Positions 1-12,100 of a stretch of 64,000 bases of DNA are shown one piece after another; the stretch's first letter is position 1; each line of letters opens with the position of its first letter. The notes under the pieces are model-generated. The model ran no database searches, was not told the DNA's origin, and worked only from the letters and a program-made list of their open reading frames with translations. This DNA comes from Seison nebaliae. Its lineage: Eukaryota. Made by a program: the position numbers and the translations under genes. The stretch lies in NCBI GenBank assembly GCA_023231475.1, contig JALJEE010000226.1, positions 1-64,000 on the forward strand. Direction: 5' to 3'.

Positions 1-360
1 ACGTTTTTTCTATTTCTGCAGTAAATTTATTTTAAAAAACAGTTTTCTATTCTTCAGAATATTTTTTCTCAAATTCGTCTGTATCTTTAGGTTGGTTTGT
101 GAAATGGTTCACACGTGGCAGTTTCAACCGTGTCATCCATCAATTCATCGATTGGTTATGGGATGAAACTTTTAAATGGATTCAACCCACAGATGGTGTG
201 GTCCATAGTCCATTGGAACATTACTGGACGAATGGAATACTTCCGTGGAATTCAGTCTTTAATTTGGATTGGAATTCAGTGTCTCCCGAATCACAAGTAT
301 TTGGTGTGATTCCGTTGAAGGTAATTGGAAATTTGTTGACGCATTCCATCAAAGGAAAAA

Positions 361-547
361 AAGGGGCTATGAATTCGTTAAATTCATAGCCCCTTTCAAG
401 GGTTCCATGAATGGTGGTCAAACCGTAAAAAGAAAAAGGGGACTATGAATTCGTTAAATTCTCAGTCCCCTTCATGGGTTCTCTTAAAGATTGGAAAATC
501 TTGAGAGAATAAAAGGGGCTATGAATTCGTTAAATTCGTAGTCCCTT
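361..547 (+). repeat. Three tandem copies (period 75-77 bp) of a 35-37 bp palindromic hairpin AAGGGG(A)CTATGAATT-CGTTA-AATTCNTAGYCCCTT
   Basis: Copies at 361-395, 436-472 and 513-547. Copy 1 is a perfect 15-bp inverted repeat with a 5-nt loop. The spacers also fold. Confidence 0.9.
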
Positions 548-706
548 ACAAAGATTCTCTAAAAGATTGTCAAATCTGGAAAGGGCAAAAATATTGGACT
601 AAGTCTGGTCCAAATTTTTTGGACACATTTGGAGGGGTTTTTAAAGGGTTAACAATTATATAAGGGTTTTATTTTAAGATTAATAAAGGTTTTTTGGTTG
701 AAGGCG

Positions 707-1057
707 TTTCTTCAACCATTACCTAAGAGATAATCAAGGTCTTAATTTAATCAAAAAAACCCTTCAAGTCTATATGTATTATCCCCCGAGATTATACAAC
801 GTTTTAAATGGTAATGGAGAGCAATTTCTTCAACCATTACCTAAGAGATAATCAAGATCTTAATGTAATCAAATAATCGTTCAATAGTATGTGTATCATT
901 CCCAGAGATTATACGATTTTATTAATACTCAATCAATTCATTCCCTCAATTGTTCCCTAATTGGCAATCAAAATCTTAATTTAATCAACTAATCCTTCAA
1001 CTCTATGTGAATTATCCCCTGAGAAAAACAGATTTTATGAATATTCCATCAATTTTC
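707..1057. repeat. Degenerate tandem repeat, ~117 bp unit, about three copies
   Basis: TTTCTTCAACCATT(T)ACCTAAGAGATAATCAAG at 707 and 825. TCTTAAT(T/G)TAATCAA at 740, 858 and 974. Confidence 0.85.
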
Positions 1058-1607
1058 AACTTTCGACGACAATTGTTTCAAATTTCATTTCAGTGATAAT
1101 AATTCACTTTGTTCCACATAAATTTTAATTTCTTCTCAAAAAAATTTGATTTTTTAATAAAATTCGCTCTTTTTATTCTTACTTTTTATACTACTTTACA
1201 TTATAATAACAACTTATTTACTTTCTTATAATAATTTTAGTTGGTGATAAGAAAATTAATAAAATATATAATTGCAATAATTAATAATGTCCGGCAGCCA
1301 ACGAGTAATTGCAAAAAAATGGAAATGTTCGAATCTCACAATTTCTTACATTGGCTGTTAAAAATACTAGAAATGTTCTTATTAGACATGGTAAGGGTAT
1401 TACTATGTAGATTTCCGTTATTCGATAGTGATTGATAGAGTTAGTGACTTCATTCACTGTTATTAAAAAAATATAGTTAAAGAAGAATAAAACAAAATTA
1501 AACCTTCTCACTGACACGGAAATAATTGAATTGAAATTTTTTCAGGTTTTCTTTCCTTTTATAGTCAGAAATAATAATTCGATATTTATTTTTATTAACT
1601 GTATTGA

Positions 1608-1800
1608 GCACTTGAAAAATACTATTACAACAACAACATTAACGGCATGCGAATTCCCGTAGCAATCGCATACGCTGACGACATTCTCATATTTGCTACT
1701 TCTCCACGACAACTGATTCGAATTCGCGAAAGATCACAGATTCTCTTGGCGGAAGTGTCAATAAATCCGACGAAAACTGTTGTCCTTTCCACAATTCCCT
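1608..1800 (+). mobile_element. Non-LTR retrotransposon RT fragment (catalytic YADD region)
   Basis: Translates INGMRIPVAIAYADDILIFATSPRQL...INPTKTVV, matching the LINE RT YADD and IN..KT motifs. Isolated fragment, bounded upstream by a stop. Confidence 0.8.
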
Positions 1801-3468
1801 TTCTCTTGAGGAATATCTCTCTTTCTCCTGTCCCTAATCGTACGTTCCTTAAATTCTGCCAAGATCCTGATAGAAACAAATCAGTCTCTCGCTCTGACGA
1901 TTCTCCTCGAGTAAAATTAAACACAAAAATTGTACACATTATTAGGTATTCGGTAATAATATTTCTAGATATTTCTATATTCCTTGTCTATTTATTGTCT
2001 ATTAAGAATGTCTGATTTATTGAATGAGGAAGATTGACTTTTTAATTTGTTTCTTTGAATCTTTCAATTTTTAAAAATCAGTTTATGTTAAATCGTATGC
2101 GATAGAGTGATGTTTATTCCATATAGTTAAGCATTGAACTACGCAAATTGTTTTCTATTATGATTCCGTTTTTTATTCTTATATCCTCTATCATATTCCG
2201 TCCCTTCACAATATAAAACAAATTGGTAGGTATATATTTTTTTACTTAAACAAGCTTTTTTAAACTTAAGAGGTTTGCATCTAAAACATTTTCCTCATCT
2301 CAATTAATAATTCCTCAGTTTGTAAAAACGAAGGAAATAAATTTAATTAAACTTTTAAATTACATCTTTTATCCTGATGGAATTTCAAATAATTTTTGAC
2401 ATATTTACTAATTATATTACTGTAAAATGAAGATGATCGCAATAATTTACTTCTTTTCCATATTCCGGAGAACACAACAATTAGAGACATTATGATTTAA
2501 AAAAATTATTAATTATATTATATATTAATTAAATATTATTAATAAATTATATTAAATGACAAATTTTTAATGAAAAGAATAATTTTTAAGAAAGGATTTC
2601 TAAAATTAAAAATTTTTTAAATTCTGAATGTCAATTTTTGTTTTCTTTTGAATATGAAATGACCATTTGATGAACAACGAAATTTGTATAAATAAAGAGA
2701 ATTTTCATTTTGTCTTTTAATTAAATTAATTAATTTGGATATATTAGTCCGTTACTATTAAATAAAAGTGATAATATACATTTTTAGTGCATATCAGAGA
2801 GGAATAAACGTCATCAAATTCTAACGGAGTTATTTGCATTGAACGCTTCTAAGGATTTGATTCTCGATAATATATCATTCATTTTTTAGAAAATACTTCC
2901 ATTCATTATTTATCAATCTTCCATTGAATCTTCCATATTCTCATTCCATTCCATATATAATACGAATAGGAAATATATTCCCCCCAGTGTCTGCATTTGT
3001 TCTTCTAAACGATTGTGGGTATTCTGGCAGTTGTAATTTTACTAGAAATTTTGCAACTTGTTTTTAAAACTTCCTTTTCTATAAGAAATATTTAACTTAC
3101 GATGCTAAATTTGATATAATTAGAAAGAGTACGAAATGCTCTATAACATAGTAATTTTCAGATTTAAGTTTATTTTAAAAATCTATCAATAATTTGGAGT
3201 TTTTTTAGTTGAAGAAATTTCACAAACTGGAATGATTTGACTTTCCTTCTTCAAGTGTTAGTAATTAGTAATGTTCATGCGATATCATTGTCCCCTCAAG
3301 AAGAGGAATTGTTATGACAAATTCAAACGAACAATATTCAAATGAATGACAGATAAGAAGGCGATTGGACGATAAAATCTCAAAAAAGATATTTCTCTGG
3401 TCGGTTATTTCTTGTGCAAAGGAACAAAATATTTCTCTACATCTTCTATTTCTTGATGGTCATTTGCT

Positions 3469-4215
3469 TTAGATTATCTACGCTGTCATAATGTCGAGAC
3501 TCGGCTCGTCAGATTTTTTTATAATCTCTGTTACTAATCTATTGGGCATGTCGTCATTGGCAACCGACTCAGCAATGTTTTTCCTATTAATTCCGATGCT
3601 CGTAATAATGTCGTTAAACTACGTTTGCAGCTTTTTATGAGTATGGTTCTTCCATTATATTCTCTGGATCTATTATATTCTGCACTCAACATTCATTCTT
3701 GTCGATCGACCGTGCTTACAATCGCCTTATCAGGAGATTAATTGGGTGTTTTTACAGATGTAATCGTTCTCTGCTTTTCGCAACAGTTGGTCTCGTGTCG
3801 CTGCCGATTCTCTTTTGTCGTCGCGTTTCTTACATCTCCAACATGAATAATTTTAATAATGGCTCAGTCTTTAGTCATACTATTCGATACTGCGATTTAT
3901 CTCGCGATATGCTTCTCCAAGATTTCAGAAATTTCATTCTTTCTTACGTTCCCTCACAGTCTAGATAATGGATGTCAAGTTGGGAGGAACGAAGAGACAA
4001 ATCATGTCATTCTGTAGTTTTTACATTAGAAGATCTCTATAACGCAGAGGAAGCTGAAAACTGTTTTCTCTCTTTCTTGCTCCCGATTTGACATCCATGG
4101 TCTATACCATTCGATCGGGATTCTCTTACCGAATTACAACGATTAATCGACGTTGGCAATGATCGAAATTTTGTTATCAATCTCGAACGGAAATTTCTCT
4201 AATAAATAATAATAT
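3469..4215 (+). mobile_element. Degenerate 3' portion of a LINE (L2/CR1-like clade is a guess), with internal deletion and 3' UTR
   Basis: LRCHNVETRLVRFFYNLCY*SIGHVVIGNRLSNVFPINS (pre-GVRQG region) joins KLRLQLFMSMVLPLYSLDL. After a frameshift comes IDRAYNRLIRRLIG...LFATVGL (RT C-terminus). Ends in an AATAAATAATAAT-like tail near 4201. Confidence 0.7.
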
Positions 4216-4591
4216 ATAAATTAATTGTTAAATTATGATTGGATGGACCGTAAATCGGTAAAACTGTAGAAAAACTTATAAAATAAATGAAAAATTGTTT
4301 GGTTATTTGTTTTGTTCCTATGGGAATAATCTCAATGTCAAGTAGAATTTCTACTAGAACTTGGTCGCGATAAGATTAAAATCGACATTGACAATTTAAT
4401 AAAAAAATACCTTGAGAGTATGATAAGATGACAAGAAATTTAAGGACAAAGCCAATTTTTTGAAAAAATACAATTAGGAAATGTGAAAATTAGGAATAAT
4501 TTCAGTGGAATGATGAGGATGAGTAATTTGTCTTGATGGTTTTCCTCAGGATTTGTAGTTGACATTTAGAATAATAATTTAGATTTGGGGA

Positions 4592-5812
4592 ATGAGGAAG
4601 AAGAAACGTATAAGGAATGAGGAGGATGAGAATGAGATGAAATCGGAAAAGATGTTGAAAGAAGCTTTGAAGGATCATAATCGGGATTCTTGTGTGCACA
4701 CAATGCCACATGCTTCCATCATCGCTTTCTTCATTACAGGAATTGGAATTGGTTTATTTGTTGGATGTACTTATGTGTCATTGTCGAAGACGATTTTTGC
4801 TTTATCTTCTTCTTTTTCACTCGATTATGAATTAGAATGGATGAGAATAATGAAATTGATAATTATCGGAATTGGTGGTGGAATGAGTGGATTGATCATA
4901 TTGTTATTAATCGTCGGATGGTTATCAACTGGAGCAATTCGAAAACGATTATTTAACGGATTCAAATCACAATTAATTGGACAAGTTTTCTCCTCTTTCC
5001 TCCTTCTTATGGTTTATGCGATGATTCTCGTTTGGCTTATTATCTCGTTAGCTGGAGTGATTCCGATCTTTATATTTTTCATGTTAAATTCTTCCTGCAA
5101 ATTGAAGAACGCCAACGACTATTCTAACAACGACTTGATGAGAAGTCGATGTTTATATTTAACTGATTATGGTCTCTCCATTCCCAATCGACGTCCTGAT
5201 ATTTGTGAAGAACAATTTGTAAATTTATGTCAACGAATTAACGATATTGGACCACTACTCATCATTTCAACGATTGGATCGACATTCGTCTTGATTGGAC
5301 TAATCCATTTTCTTAGTTGTCTCATCGCCAATATGATTCGTGTGAAGAATTTGAAGCAAATGCAAATTTATGATCGTGCCGTATCAGATGAAATGCAAAC
5401 ACTCAAATTATTAACAATCGATCGTCATCTTCGACAGAAACAACAACAACAATTACATCATTCGATGGATGAAATTTCACCAAGAAGTGTCGTCACTACA
5501 TTGACAACGACAGCTAATCCTTCAAAAAATATTACCACATCAATCCTCCAACAACAACAACCAAATAATCGACATCAACAACAACAACAATATGCGACTT
5601 ATTCTCCTGACACAATTCCACCATTAAAGACGAATGTTGTCGATATTATTGATAATCCGATTCAACAGAAATATCATCGAAATAGATCGATGGATTCCAT
5701 CGATACTATCGATCCAATTGATATCGCTTCCTCCATTTATAATAAACAAAAAAATATTGAACCTACAATGCCAAGTCTAGAATCAGTTCGTAGTCCTTAT
5801 ACTGACATATAA
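4592..5812 (+). CDS. M6: Myelin proteolipid/M6 family four-TM protein with a long Q-rich C-terminal tail
   Basis: 406-aa intronless ORF. PHASIIAFFITGIGIGLFVGC, GWLSTGA, and the C-L..YG and IC motifs of the PLP/M6 family. Confidence 0.8.
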   Translation: MRKKKRIRNEEDENEMKSEKMLKEALKDHNRDSCVHTMPHASIIAFFITGIGIGLFVGCTYVSLSKTIFALSSSFSLDYELEWMRIMKLIIIGIGGGMSGLIILLLIVGWLSTGAIRKRLFNGFKSQLIGQVFSSFLLLMVYAMILVWLIISLAGVIPIFIFFMLNSSCKLKNANDYSNNDLMRSRCLYLTDYGLSIPNRRPDICEEQFVNLCQRINDIGPLLIISTIGSTFVLIGLIHFLSCLIANMIRVKNLKQMQIYDRAVSDEMQTLKLLTIDRHLRQKQQQQLHHSMDEISPRSVVTTLTTTANPSKNITTSILQQQQPNNRHQQQQQYATYSPDTIPPLKTNVVDIIDNPIQQKYHRNRSMDSIDTIDPIDIASSIYNKQKNIEPTMPSLESVRSPYTDI

Positions 5813-5870
5813 TTGAAAATAATTTATTATCGAAATATAATCAATTTATCAGTATTATTTAAATTGTGTG

Positions 5871-6233
5871 CTAAAACATTGCATCTAATTTCGCATTCAT
5901 CACATTCACATGACCCTCGAACATCGGTTGTGTAATCTCATCATTCGCATAAATACAAATAATTGTGAAGTCCTTATCTGGAGCGATGACTATCTCATTA
6001 TTCTGAGTACACAATCGACATAATTTCAATTGATTCGATGACGAATCAATCGTTCTTACTATATTATCCATCCGATTCTTCAATTGTTGCAACATGGACG
6101 CATAAGAAACACTTTGACTGTTCGTCATATTTGTCATTCGGATCGGGAGGAAATTCGAATCCATAATCATCGCCGATTGTAGTCCTTGTGTTGTTGTCAT
6201 TCTCCTCCATCTATCTTCGATTGCTTGTAACAT
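5871..6233 (-). CDS. DYNLRB: Dynein light chain roadblock-type
   Basis: 120 aa; GLQSAMIMDSNFLPIRMTNM and RLCTQNNEIVIAPDKDFTIICI match roadblock/LC7. Confidence 0.85.
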   Translation of the reverse strand: MLQAIEDRWRRMTTTQGLQSAMIMDSNFLPIRMTNMTNSQSVSYASMLQQLKNRMDNIVRTIDSSSNQLKLCRLCTQNNEIVIAPDKDFTIICIYANDEITQPMFEGHVNVMNAKLDAMF

Positions 6234-6503
6234 AATTCTAATTTAAATGCGCGCACATTCTTATCAATTTCTGTTCATTTATATGTCAATTTCAATTCAT
6301 CTTCAACAAAAGAGAATTACCTCAAAATTTTCAAATTTTTTTTCAACTTTCTTCTATTTTCTTTCATTTAAATTCTCTTTCAACATTCCAATTTAATAAT
6401 TTTTTCCTTTCAATATTTTAATCTGGTAAATTTTTCTTTCAGCTATTCCAATTTAACCATCTAATAGTTCAAATAATGATAGAATCAATCAAAAATATTT
6501 TAT

Positions 6504-9176
6504 TCATAAATTTATCATTCTACCATCCAATTTCTTTTTTCTTTCCACAAATTCATTCCAATGACCATCATCATTCAATTCGATTCCATTCTTGTTGAAT
6601 GAATCGAAAATTATTAAAGATTTCTTATTAAAACTTCTCTTCAATTTATTTCTTAACGATCGAACATCAAAAGTTGATGGTAATGAATCGAAAACGATAG
6701 TTAAATTATCTTCTTTCGATTCTTCAATAATTTTTTGAATTATCTTCAAAATATCTTTTCTGATTGAATGTTTCGAAGGTTGCAACTTCATTAATCTTCC
6801 CTCTAATCTCTTTAGTTCCAATTGTGGAATATTGAAATTGACCTTCTCTTCATCGATTACACTCTCGATCGTTATCGATTTATTTTTGAGTTGAAAAGAA
6901 ATTGAGCTACACTTCTTCCATCGTTCGAATGGTGAAAGGAGTTTTGATAATTCTAATTCTTCCAATCCTTCTTCTATTCTATCAATTAATTGAGAGGATT
7001 TATAATAATTATCCTTCCCTATAATAACGGAAATCTCATTAATTCCCGAATTGTTCGATGAGAATTTGAGTATTTTCAACATCTCTAATTCCTTCACATT
7101 TCCTACATGAGTTCCACAACACGCTTCACTATAAATACAATTTCCTTTCTCATCAACAAAATTGACGGTTCGAATATTTGATGGATAATTAAAATCGCTA
7201 AGATGAACAACATTATTTTTTGATAAATCACTTGATTTGCATTTATCTATAATAATCGATAACTTCTCATTATTAATCAATTCATTTGCAAAGTTTTCGA
7301 TCTCTTTCATACTCTTCTCCTTCAATCGATTGAGTGAAGAAAAATGAAATTTTAAATAATTCGAATAAATTTGAGAACCGATTTGACGAACGTCATCTCC
7401 GAGGATTTGTCGAAGAGCAAACTGAAGTAAATGAGTAGCCGAATGATTTATAGAAAATTTTTTTCGATAATTTTCGTTCACTTTCAATAGATAATTATTA
7501 TTGATCGATAATTGATTAATTGAATGATTAGTTTTGTGGAGAATAATCTTGTTTGATAACCGAAGAGTATTATCGATAGAAATCGATTGATTTTTATTGA
7601 TTAATTCACCAATATCTGATGGTTGTCCACCTTCAGCTGAATAGAAATTTGTTTTATTAAAAATCAGATAAACTTCTCCATCCAATTCAATTATTTCCAA
7701 GAGTTTCACTAATAATTCCGATATGTTCACATTCCCATTAGAGTCGATCTTATATTTATATTTCTCTTCGTCACACGTTTCCGTCAAATGATTTGTCAAT
7801 TCCATCAATTTTTTCATTTTCTTTAAATTTGTTTCATTTTCCAAAAGTTTTCTCTTCAGAATTTTTTGAGAAGTTTCTTCTTCTTTTCGTTTCAACGATT
7901 GGAATGATTTCCAATCGAAATCTTTGTTACTTTTCATTAATTCTTCATACAAGATATCTTCTGGTATATCTTCACCATAAGAACCGTTGAAGAGATGGAA
8001 AATTTTTTCACCTGAAATAATTTGAGATTTTTGATTGAAAATTACCTTTTTCATAAGTTTCTTTGATTTTCCTACTTTTTTATGATAAATTTCTTCTTGA
8101 GTTCCAACAACATTTTCTATCGAACATCGATTAATTTCCAGTTCTGGATAGGCGTCATTTAAAGTATCGATAACTGTGGAAATTAATCGAATTAAAGATG
8201 AATTCGGTAATTTTAATTGATGTGCTGAGATTTTATAAGAACGATTCAATAATTTCCTGAGAATGGAACCACGACCAGAATTTGACGGTTTCAAACCATC
8301 ATTGATTGATATTGTTGCCATTCTCGTATGATCTGCGAGAATCCGATAATAAATATCCAACTCATTATTCTCTCCATAATTTGGCAGATTGTTTTCTCGA
8401 AAATTTCTTATTTGAGAAAAAATCGGTTGGAATAAAGTCGACGAATAATTATCATGAGAATGGTTTTGAAGAAGAGCAACTAATCGTTCAAATCCAATAC
8501 CTGTATCGATGAACAATTTGTCTAATTTTCGAAGAGAACCATCGACTTCTTTTATTAGATCGATGAAAACGATGTTTAATAATTCTCTAATTGTACCGTC
8601 AGGAAATCGATAGAATAATTCGGTACAACGACCACAAGGTCCATGTGATCCCATTTCCCAGAAATTTTCGTCGAACGAATAACCGTCAATTTGATGAACA
8701 TTCAGTTTTTCCCAAACTTCTCTAATTTTCAAATGAGATTCGATTTCTTTATAGTTTTCTTCATTTTCCTTTTGGAAATATGAAACAAATAAATTTTTGG
8801 GATCTAATTCACATTCCTCAAGAAGGAAATACCAAAATTGTTCGATTGATTCCTGTTCTCGATAATCGTCGAATGACCACGTCCCTAACATCTCAAAGAA
8901 TGTGTGATGATAAGTGTCTCTGCCCACCACATTAAAATCGTTATGTTTCCCTGATAATCTTATACACTTCTGGTAATTTGTTACTCTCTTGTAATTGGAA
9001 GGAACATCTCCAAAAAATATTGAGCGGAATTGATTCATTCCGGAATTGACGAATTGGAGATCAGATGATTTAGATGGAATTACTGATATTGATGGAAGAT
9101 ATTGATGGCGATGTTTATCCATAAAGTATCGCAAATATAACTTTCTGATCTCATGATGATGTAATGAACGATTCAT
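6504..9176 (-). CDS. AARS2: Alanine--tRNA ligase, probably mitochondrial
   Basis: 890-aa intronless ORF. FVNSGMNQF, HHTFFEMLGTWSF, NFWEMGSHGPCG, DTGIGFERL and HSATHLL motifs. EACCGTH resembles the AARS2 editing motif rather than cytosolic CGGTH. Confidence 0.9.
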   Translation of the reverse strand: MNRSLHHHEIRKLYLRYFMDKHRHQYLPSISVIPSKSSDLQFVNSGMNQFRSIFFGDVPSNYKRVTNYQKCIRLSGKHNDFNVVGRDTYHHTFFEMLGTWSFDDYREQESIEQFWYFLLEECELDPKNLFVSYFQKENEENYKEIESHLKIREVWEKLNVHQIDGYSFDENFWEMGSHGPCGRCTELFYRFPDGTIRELLNIVFIDLIKEVDGSLRKLDKLFIDTGIGFERLVALLQNHSHDNYSSTLFQPIFSQIRNFRENNLPNYGENNELDIYYRILADHTRMATISINDGLKPSNSGRGSILRKLLNRSYKISAHQLKLPNSSLIRLISTVIDTLNDAYPELEINRCSIENVVGTQEEIYHKKVGKSKKLMKKVIFNQKSQIISGEKIFHLFNGSYGEDIPEDILYEELMKSNKDFDWKSFQSLKRKEEETSQKILKRKLLENETNLKKMKKLMELTNHLTETCDEEKYKYKIDSNGNVNISELLVKLLEIIELDGEVYLIFNKTNFYSAEGGQPSDIGELINKNQSISIDNTLRLSNKIILHKTNHSINQLSINNNYLLKVNENYRKKFSINHSATHLLQFALRQILGDDVRQIGSQIYSNYLKFHFSSLNRLKEKSMKEIENFANELINNEKLSIIIDKCKSSDLSKNNVVHLSDFNYPSNIRTVNFVDEKGNCIYSEACCGTHVGNVKELEMLKILKFSSNNSGINEISVIIGKDNYYKSSQLIDRIEEGLEELELSKLLSPFERWKKCSSISFQLKNKSITIESVIDEEKVNFNIPQLELKRLEGRLMKLQPSKHSIRKDILKIIQKIIEESKEDNLTIVFDSLPSTFDVRSLRNKLKRSFNKKSLIIFDSFNKNGIELNDDGHWNEFVERKKKLDGRMINL

Positions 9177-12100
9177 ATTCGGATCTTAAAATTATCAGCT
9201 TTATATTTCAGTTGATATCATCGAAATTCCGTTAGTTAAAAGGAGATAAAAGAAATTTTGTTTTTATCATTTACTCAAATAGATATTTCTATTAGATACT
9301 TTTCTAGATATTTAGATTAAAAATGTAATTCAATTAAAATTTTCCTTATTAGAATTATTTATAGAAAAAAATTATGAAAATTAATTTTATTAAAAACTTG
9401 ATTGAATTTGAAATTAAATTTATTTTCTAATATTTTTTTCGAAATGAAAATTAAAATTGATTTTTGTGATCGTAACTCATTTTTACCTTATCTCTAATAG
9501 TAGAAAGTTATAAAAGAATTTATGTGGACACTTTCGAGTAATATGAGATATGTCATGTCATTTTAAATGTTCCGTTGTTCAAACTGTAGACGAACTGTAA
9601 TAATTGTGAAAGGAGAATAATAAGAGAAAATTTTGATGAATTCGGACAGTTACGATCAGTTCGATCTCCACCAATTTGCTATTATTACATGTGTTGGGTG
9701 GGAGTGTGGGGACTGACAATCATCCTAAAGAATAATGGTTAGAAAGAACTTCTTGACCTGAATAAATGAAAATTTTCAGAGAGACTATTTTCATTAAATT
9801 ATCATATCCACGAAAATGAAATTTGTAAATTATTATTCATATATCTCGCAAAAAGCAATCGTTAATTTATATGAATTGATCGCCACATATCAGGGTAATG
9901 AAAAGAAATTGAATATCGACTGAAGTTAATTTGAACGTAGAAGAAAATGGATAGTGGATCGATGATGTAGAATGAATTTTAATTAGCAACTATTGCACAA
10001 TCAATAAAAAATTTGTTCAATAGAAAACAGTGACCCGTTTCAGTGAATAAAAGAAGAAGAAAAAAACCGTTTTCATGTTATAATATGAAATGAAAGTTTG
10101 TTAATACTTTTCAATTCTTCTTAATAAGTTTCAATTATTTTCTAATTGTCTACGATTAACCATGTAAACTGTTGTATTATGATATGTCCATGTTACCACC
10201 ACCTCTCGAAACCACCATTAATGATGAAAAGAAGAGTATTGTGCATTCGTCTAACTCATTCGTCCAATTCATTTCTCCATTCGGTTAATCATTCGTTTTG
10301 TCATATGTTCTCCTAATTCTCCTCCTCCTTTCCTAACAACATTTACTCAACTTCGAGTCGATTGTGTTCTATGGCGACGAATATATGTAGACCAGTAGAT
10401 GGATGCTTATGAATTGCTGGCTATATAAGTGAGGTCTGTCCCTTTCTCTTGTCAAACCAATCTGTAGGGAATTGCTCATTTATTGTTGATGGAATGGAAA
10501 TAATGAACGAGTCCTTTCCACATACATTTTTATTGTTCATTCAATATATGCATCAATTCCGAACATTAATGATGAATTGGAGCAGTGCATTGGTGGTGGT
10601 CAGTTGTATGTTAGATACAATCCTCTCCAATTTAATAAGAAAGATATATTGTTGAATAAATTTCTTCTTTTTTTAATCATCAAATAAATTATGTTTAATA
10701 CAATAATTACGATTATTGATTGCATATTATGGTGAATTTGTTGATTAGTTTTAAAAAGTGAAAATATTAGCGAAATCAAATTGTTAGTTAGTTCTAAATA
10801 AAAGCGATTGTTACCTAACGAGTTTTCTTTCGACACCTTTCCCACTCCGATTAGTTTCCTTATTCAACTTTCTCACAATAAAGAAATGGTAAATATTAAG
10901 GAAAGAAAGATATTGTGGGTGGAAAAGTTCCACATTCTAAATAATTATATGTTTCACCTCCTTCTCCGTGTTCTCCGATTCACAAACACATTGGAGCTAA
11001 TAGATTCATAACAACTTAAATCTAAACAGGAAAAAGCGATAACGTTTCTTGAAAAAAAATTCCCGAAATAATTACTCATGATAATAAGTCGTTTTATGAT
11101 TTATGATTGAACCTCCCCTCTCACAACTTTTCTCAACTACCTATAGTCAAATTGTAATTTTCATTTGAAGTAAATTGTTCTTATCTTCCTTCAAAACCGA
11201 ATTTCCTTCTTCTCACGATCCGTACACGTACAAACTTTGAGATTATATTCAAAATTTTATTGGTGATATCTATTTTAAATGCACAGAAATGAGACATCAT
11301 TTGTTACTTTGGGAAGTTACTTGAACATCTGTGCGGTTTTTCTTATTGATTTATTTCGGTTCTCTCTAATTGGGATGGTAATAGTCGTAAAATGATGAAT
11401 TTGTGAATGATTAAAGAGAGAAATGTGAAATGATCATGATATATTTCCAACTTCAAGTTATTTCTTACTATTGGTGAGTGAGAAGGTATTATTCGACCAT
11501 TTAGTATTGTCCTCTTTAACTACAATTCATTTAGTTTGACAGCTGCTTGTCCCGTCTATTTGGTGTTGTTTCCTTAAATTGTTTATAATTTATTACCGCT
11601 CATTAAGTCATACATTGATATATTGATATGTCTAAGTGACCGATAATGAGTGAAGAAAATAAAAGATCCATGTTCCTTCTCCTCAATTGAACACCTCAAC
11701 ATTCCACAAATATAGACGTTGATTGAAGATGGTATTATTCAGGAGAACCGGAAGTTTATCTATGCCTGTCATCGAATCGCCTTACCAATTCTCACGTACA
11801 ACATGAGCCACTTATTACACTAGACGTGTGTCGTTCTATTTAACTACCCCATTTCTCCATTTACTTTTCCCAAAATTTTGTTTTCCTCTTTTATCTTTTA
11901 AACACTTTCTTCTGATAATGCTCAAATGAGATTTCTTAATAAATCTCCTCTAATTTCATCGATGGTTTATTGCATCGAGTGAAGACAAGCGGGTAGCCAT
12001 GTGAAACTGAAGAATACAAATGAACTATTTCCGTTTCGCATAAAATTAGTCGAGTACCATATGAAGAGTTCGCATATGAACTATTAGACTTATTGCAGTC

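Noticed and set aside
99..389. 96-aa Trp-rich ORF
   Set aside because: GTG start, no recognisable domain, and it overlaps the hairpin region.
361..547. CRISPR array (35-37 bp palindromic repeats with ~40 bp spacers)
   Set aside because: The spacers resemble each other and fold, there are only three repeats, there are no cas genes, and the context is eukaryotic.
2960..3062. Minus-strand QVAKFLVKLQLPEYPQSFRR, reminiscent of a SAM domain start
   Set aside because: Flanked by stops; I could not build a gene model.
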